Below are positions 8,120 through 12,992 of a DNA stretch of 12,992 nt, piece after piece. Numbering within the stretch: position 1 is the stretch's first letter; every line of letters starts with the position of its first letter. This DNA comes from Amoeboradix gromovi X-113. Taxonomy: Eukaryota; Fungi; Sanchytriomycota. Location: positions 1 through 12,992 of the forward strand of contig JADGIF010000244.1 in assembly GCA_018985225.1 (NCBI GenBank), written 5' to 3'. The translations under genes and the position numbers were made by a program. The notes under the pieces were generated by a model. That model did no database searches. It had not been told where the DNA came from and was given only the letters and a program-made list of their open reading frames with translations.

Positions 8120-8821
8120 ATGGGCTGTATCTCGCGGCACTATCATTTAATTCTCCTCATGACAGAGTTTGATAGTAATTACATTAAAGGTGGTATTGGA
8201 GGAAATACCACTATAGAAAAGTCTCAAATTATTGTTAAATTAAAAAAGGGGGAGTACGGTAACCCTAAAGGACTACGATTTAACTATTGCCCGCCCAATA
8301 TTGAAAACGCCACAGTGTTTACTTTGGAATACACAGTAAAGTTTCCTGATGATTTCGATCCCGTGAAAGGAGGCAAACTACCTGGGTTTAATGGCGACGA
8401 ATTTTGCAGTAGAGTTATGTTTAGAAGAAACGATGGTACAAATCAAAATAGATTTGGGGCAGAGATGTACTTACATGGCCCCCGACAAATAGATGGCGAC
8501 TATAACAAGATGCCTGGATTCAAAGCAAATGATAAATACGGGGATTCTCTATATTCGTACTACTATTGGTTTGAAAAAGGTGTGGAAAATAATTTGTTAT
8601 TTTCAATAAAATTGAATGATGTAGGCATGGCGAATGGGACGATCTTGTTGAAAATAAACCAGATTACTCATAAATATGAAAGATACACTTTCAGAACCAA
8701 AGATAGCACCAGTGTGTCTAGCATTTTATTTTGCATGTTTTTTGGGGGATCAAATGAATCCTGGGCACCTACAAAAGATGAAATTATAATATTTGATAAT
8801 ATAAGAACTACGTTCAGTTAG
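8120..8821 (+). CDS. Polysaccharide lyase family 14 (alginate/glucuronan lyase-like)
   Basis: PL14 signatures LEYTVKFPDDFDPVKGGKLPG, SRVMFR, EMYL, YGDSL, IKLNDVGMANG and MFFGGSNESWAP. Alternative start ATG at 8159 (MTEFD). No clear signal peptide. Confidence 0.86.
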   Translation: MGCISRHYHLILLMTEFDSNYIKGGIGGNTTIEKSQIIVKLKKGEYGNPKGLRFNYCPPNIENATVFTLEYTVKFPDDFDPVKGGKLPGFNGDEFCSRVMFRRNDGTNQNRFGAEMYLHGPRQIDGDYNKMPGFKANDKYGDSLYSYYYWFEKGVENNLLFSIKLNDVGMANGTILLKINQITHKYERYTFRTKDSTSVSSILFCMFFGGSNESWAPTKDEIIIFDNIRTTFS

Positions 8822-9080
8822 TAAATTTATTGAGATTGACTAGAACATTTATAACTTTTCTGAAGTCGCGTTAATAGTCTTGGTTTTCTATAAAATCAAG
8901 AATTTCAACAGAGAAACCGATGCTTAAGTCTCTTTGGATTATTAGGCAATTTGGTTGAAAACTCCAAGTCCTTAGGCACCCGAAGAATTTTTACTTATGG
9001 ATTTTTAAGTCGTTGAATTATATGTACTCATCAAAGAAAAGACGAAGCTGCGTTCCACATTAGAAGCAAGTGTTTATTTG

Positions 9081-10007
9081 CTAATTAAAGTGACCAATTG
9101 GATTTAATTTACTTAAAATATCTTTCAAAGCTTTTAATAAATCTTTCTCATGTTCAGATAACATTGAATAACAGTTAACATAATCACCAGCTACCTGTCC
9201 CATCATTTCGTAAATTGAATCGTTTTTTCCAGTCCAGATCACCAAGTGAGTGTTTAATGTTGTTGAATTTCATTCGCTCACCATGGACTGGAACAACTCA
9301 ACTGGTGGGTTGGGGTACTTTTTGGAAACTACAGTAAGCATGCCTTGTCTGACAAAATCGGCTTCAATTTCACCATGGTATCGTACAACAGACTCAAAAA
9401 TATCTGGCAAGTACATCCGTTCTTTGTCTTCTTTACCGTACTCAGCTACACAGGCATTACCAATATCTCTAGCAATGCGATCAGTCATTATTGATACAAG
9501 AATATGGTAATGAAGCGCTTTGAGAGTTGTGTAATACTACTCTGCCATTTTTCTCCAATAATTCCTGTCCTTTTCCATTGTTAGATGATAATATAGGTTT
9601 TTTGCATATAAGTTTGATTTCCAGTCCGTTGAAACAAAAATACGTTGTGAACCAACTAGCGATAACAAACCTCTATCTTTTGCACATTTAAAAAGCTCAG
9701 CGTATGGGCAATGTTTCACTTGAAAGCAGGCTTTCTCGTATGTTTGACACAACCCCAAACAGTATACAAAACCACTACCGCAAATATGAGCTCTAGAAAA
9801 CGAAATTAAAATTTTTAGGATGGTATCATTACTATTTAAAGCTCTAATTCTTTCAATGAATGGCAACATCACACTTTCTAGAGTACCATCATCCACTGGT
9901 TCATCAATATGAATTATCTCTTGCTGTATAATATAGGTAGCAAGCCAGATATACTGATGCCCTGTAACAAGAGACTTGTAATTATCAGGATTTTGCGGGT
10001 TCATCAT
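9081..10007 (-). pseudogene. Unknown 309-codon reading frame interrupted by two in-frame stops (pseudogene or recoded gene)
   Basis: Track ORFs 9537..10007 and 9270..9488 share a frame. Hand translation shows only TAG (9537-9539) and TGA (9270-9272) before a final TAG at 9081-9083, with no frameshift. Confidence 0.5.
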
Positions 10008-10634
10008 TCGAAATCAGACGTTTCAATCAAATTAATCGAAATGATTAGATAAATGCAAGCTGAGAGATTATGTCAGAATAAACCTGTATTTTAAGCTTAC
10101 CACATTGTGAAATAGTACAATTTCAATAGGTTTGTTAGAACAAATAAAATTTGAATTTAAAGATTAGGACATTGTGCCAGATCATGTCAAATCTAAAGAC
10201 ATCACTGGCATCCATAAAATATGCCCCTCTAGGTGCTCTCACACATCTCTCAGAACCAGCATAGAGATAACTATATAAATTTTACGGGACTCTCCAGGAT
10301 CGGGAGTGCATTTCTTGTCAAACTAGTTGTATTTTTTGGATTCCACAATAACATGAATTTGGAAATTAGGGTATTACTTATACTTGTTACTGCAATATCC
10401 TAGTATAATGCTAGGACACAATTGTAGACTAACTCTGCATAAAGAGTAAACGCTAATTATGCTCCACATTTGTTTTTTACGACCGGAGTGCTAGTCAGAA
10501 TTCAGGATATTTGCTATTAGGTATACAATATCTGAGAGGCAGAGATTGGAATATTCATATTCGATTAGTATTTATAAATAGTACCAGAAGTAGCCCAGTG
10601 GAGCTGCTAGACGGTAAGTAGTTTATTATGCATA

Positions 10635-11378
10635 CTATTTATTAACTAAGTTGTATATCAATTGTTCGCATGAATTTATGTAGTTGAGTAGCTTCTGATT
10701 TTTTGACTTTTCTTCAAGTATTTTTCTGCGGTATTGCGATATCGGCGAATCATTATTTTTGTCTTGAAGTTCAAGCTGCAGTCTCTCCACGGTGCACAAT
10801 AGTAATTTTATCTGCTCTGATTTAGAATTTAATTCTTGTTCCAGGTTAAATACAGTGGCTGAATTAGAATGTGGTTCTTTATAATTGGTTTTAACATAGT
10901 GGACTTTCGATATGTCTTTTCTTAATTCGGTTGCATTTATCTGCATCCTTTGCACTTCTTCTTGCTGAATTTTAAATCTTTTTTCCATCTTCCTTGCATT
11001 TTCTTTTAGCCTGAAATTCTCTTCATTTAACTCTTTATTAGACAAGTTGAGCTTATTAATTATCGTGTTGAAGTCTTCAGCAGCAACAGCTTGCAGCGCC
11101 AGTTGTCTCTCTAAGTAATCTACTTGCTCATTATGTTTAAAAATGTCCAAGTCGGACCTGAAATCATCTCTTAGCGACTGAATTTGCAACTCCCTCTCAT
11201 ATGATATTTTATGTGTCGTTGCTTTACTAGCGTTTTTTAATTTTTCAAATAATATGTCGTTTTCAAGCTTTAAACTAGCTAAGTGCTGATTTTTATGAGA
11301 TATTTCACGGTTTTGGTTTTTGCTATAGAGATGCTTATTTTTGGATAGTCTGAGTTGAAAATTAAAATTTTCAGACAT
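10635..11378 (-). CDS. Uncharacterised coiled-coil protein
   Basis: 247-aa ATG-started ORF rich in E/K/Q/L/N with heptad-like Leu spacing (e.g. LNLSNKELNEENFRLKENARKME). No family recognised. Confidence 0.72.
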   Translation of the reverse strand: MSENFNFQLRLSKNKHLYSKNQNREISHKNQHLASLKLENDILFEKLKNASKATTHKISYERELQIQSLRDDFRSDLDIFKHNEQVDYLERQLALQAVAAEDFNTIINKLNLSNKELNEENFRLKENARKMEKRFKIQQEEVQRMQINATELRKDISKVHYVKTNYKEPHSNSATVFNLEQELNSKSEQIKLLLCTVERLQLELQDKNNDSPISQYRRKILEEKSKNQKLLNYINSCEQLIYNLVNK

Positions 11379-12110
11379 ATAGGCCTAGCTCTACGAAAAG
11401 TAGATTGGAGTTGAAGCATATGCCTCTTTAAAAGATATTTTCGGCTATAAGATGCCTAAAACTCCACCAAATACGGACTAACAACTACATTATACAAACA
11501 TATACCAGACTATTTCCACTAGCCCTAAAATCGTCATCTCCAAAAACTCAGAATAGGTCAGGTGTATAAGTAAATTGTGTTGGGAGAGGTGTCGGCTACA
11601 AAGAGGAGATATGGCTATAAGAAAAACAGGAGTAGATACTAAAAGTGAGAGAATAGGATAAATATTAATTTACTTATGTACAACAGAAAGGGCCAATATA
11701 ATATTCAGAACAAGAAACTAATGTCTGCACTTTGTAAAAAATAGTGCTGCTTGTTCCTGAGTTCAAAATAGAAGGAACGCTTTAGCTTTCATGGGAATTA
11801 TGGGAAGTACAACGTTACTCAGTAGTCCAATTGAGACCTAAGGTTGCACCATTGTGATGCATTCGTGGATGAAGACATGTAGCTTTAAATTCCAGCACAT
11901 AAAAACGGTAGTGAGCAATGTTAAAAGATTTGGCTGGCAAAGAAGAGCTGGAAACGAGTCCTTGCCGAAGACATAGGCGATAAAACATGGGACGTTGCTA
12001 TTGACTGGACTTACTTTAAAAACTCAATTTAAGAGCTTATCTAGTTTTTCTGGAGTGAATTTCACGTAGGAGTGCAGGTAAATATGGATTTTTATGAACT
12101 TGGATGTTTA

Positions 12111-12660
12111 TTATGGAGATTGGCGTGGTTCAAAATTTGGTTTAGCTCTATCATCCTGTATGTATTCTCTTTGCAAATTTGGAATTCTTTCGTAAGTCGC
12201 TAAGTTAATAAAAAATACAATGGCCATCATTTCGAGCGTACGGCGAACTATTATATCTGCCTCGTCCACCTCTATATCCACTTGGACCCCCTCTATATCC
12301 GCCTCTATAGCTACCTCGAGGAGGGAATCTACCTCTGAATCCTGATCTACCAGTTCTACGACGAGCCCAAGCTAATTCTATTTTATAGTCCTGTACATCT
12401 TGATTTTGCATCTCATTAAATGCCTTGTGAGCATCATCCGAAGATTCGAACTCCACAAAGGCGTATGGATCTTGCCCTGGTCGTGGTTCCGGCACATCGC
12501 ATCGAATTAATTTTCCAAATCTTTCAAATAGAACTCCTAAATCCTTTGCGCGCGTGGTCTTGGATAAGTTCTTTATATAAATAGTATGTAGCGGGGTTAT
12601 TTCCTCGTGCGGTCTGTATGATCTTTGCTGTTCTGCAGAGTTGTTTTCATCGTCACTCAT
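12111..12660 (-). CDS. srp1: SR-family RRM protein, fungal Srp1-like, with (Y)RGG tail; proposed complement(join(12111..12199,12219..12660)), 176 aa
   Basis: RNP2 IYIKNL and RNP1 PYAFVEFE. TRAKDL...FERFGKLIRCDVPEPR...DDAHKAFNEM...IELAWAR resembles S. pombe Srp1 ([21 protein letters not shown]...FAFVEYED..DAEDA, recalled). The track start at 12867 is TTG; MSDDENN at 12660 is preferred, although an in-frame ATG exists at 12846. Confidence 0.82.
12200..12218 (-). other. Putative 19-nt spliceosomal micro-intron (phase 1) in the Srp1-like gene
   Basis: GTATTTTTTATTAACTTAG: abruptly AT-rich, branch-like TTAAC, TAG acceptor, contains the in-frame TAA. Splicing extends the protein ...NDGHSTYERIPNLQREYIQDDRAKPNFEPRQSP*, followed by TAATAAA. 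Confidence 0.6.
12269..12310 (-). repeat. Three coding YRGG repeats
   Basis: CCTCTATA occurs at 12269, 12290 and 12302 on the + strand and encodes SYRGGYRGGPSGYRGGRGR. Confidence 0.7.
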
Positions 12661-12992
12661 TCGTCCTGGTGTTTCAAAGCAGCTAAACTCCTCGTTAAAA
12701 GTCCAGATTTCCGAGAAAATCGAGAATATCCACAGAGAAACTAGCAATGCTAGATCTCCGTTACGGTGATTGCTCACGCTTTCACTACCCTGAGGCGGGA
12801 TTGAACAAGGATGCAGATACTTGATGTATATGTTCCTTGCAGCCATATGATCTATATCTATCTTCAAATGACAATTGGTACAGGTTCAGGTTTATAAGTT
12901 GGTTTTCTTTAGAGTACCACACCTTGTACATGTCTGACTAGTAAATTATTCATTTCATTCGACCATCGTCTTTCCTCTTTGCTTACACTTGA

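Noticed and set aside
1994-9510. Small track ORFs (1994..2176, 2737..2931, 4081..4287, 4492..4788, 6327..6524, 6497..6706, 6739..6960, 7300..7551, 9250..9510)
   Set aside because: Short, mostly antisense shadows of better-supported frames, several with non-ATG starts, and without recognisable motifs.
10084-10100. 17-nt GTAAGC...ACAG (minus strand) upstream of the disrupted ORF
   Set aside because: Good splice-like ends, but no reading-frame or homology support.
10398-10416. TCCTAGTATAATGCTAG resembling a synthetic sigma70 promoter core
   Set aside because: No -35 element or vector context; coincidental in eukaryotic DNA.
11456-11474. Third 19-nt GTATT...TAG (minus strand) upstream of the coiled-coil gene
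   Set aside because: Splicing it creates no in-frame extension, and such a pattern can occur by chance. It can only be tested as a 5' UTR intron with RNA data.
12716-12815. U6-like words (ACAGAGAA..TAGCA, later CCCTG and CAAGGATG)
   Set aside because: Spacing is incompatible with the U6 internal stem-loop, and there are no intron boundaries to explain the inserts. An Rfam scan would settle it.
12661-12867. N-terminal extension of the RRM ORF in the track
   Set aside because: The track start is TTG and the extension is not Srp1-like. The ATG at 12846 cannot be excluded but has no support.
1-12992. Stop-codon reassignment as an explanation for interrupted frames
   Set aside because: SOF1, TFB4 and the crotonase end at TAA, PL14 at TAG, each at an expected C-terminus, and no conserved gene contains internal stops. 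TGA usage cannot be assessed directly, but Trp is encoded by TGG in the conserved genes.

Overview
AT-rich, extremely gene-dense eukaryotic nuclear DNA in the standard genetic code (well-supported genes end in TAA or TAG). A fungal or early-diverging opisthokont origin is inferred from a fungal Srp1-like SR protein and a Ptc5/PDP-type PP2C. Gene order: a 5'-truncated unknown ORF (+), SOF1/DCAF13 (-), PDP-type PP2C with an N-myristoylation-type start (+), a single-domain AAA+ protein with a degenerate Walker B (-), TFB4 (+), a peroxisomal enoyl-CoA isomerase-like crotonase ending in AKL (-), a miniaturised NDC1-like nucleoporin (+), a PL14 polysaccharide lyase (+), a ~309-codon frame broken by two in-frame stops (-), a coiled-coil ORF (-) and an Srp1-like RRM/RGG protein (-). 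The main signal missed by the ORF track is two putative 19-nt GTATT...YAG micro-introns (7712-7730 + and 12200-12218 -). Splicing the first restores an NDC1-like C-terminus. Four genes (2724-6380) are also packed with only 5 nt of intergenic DNA, including two divergent start codons that share one CATG palindrome. All homology calls are motif recognition from memory, not database searches.
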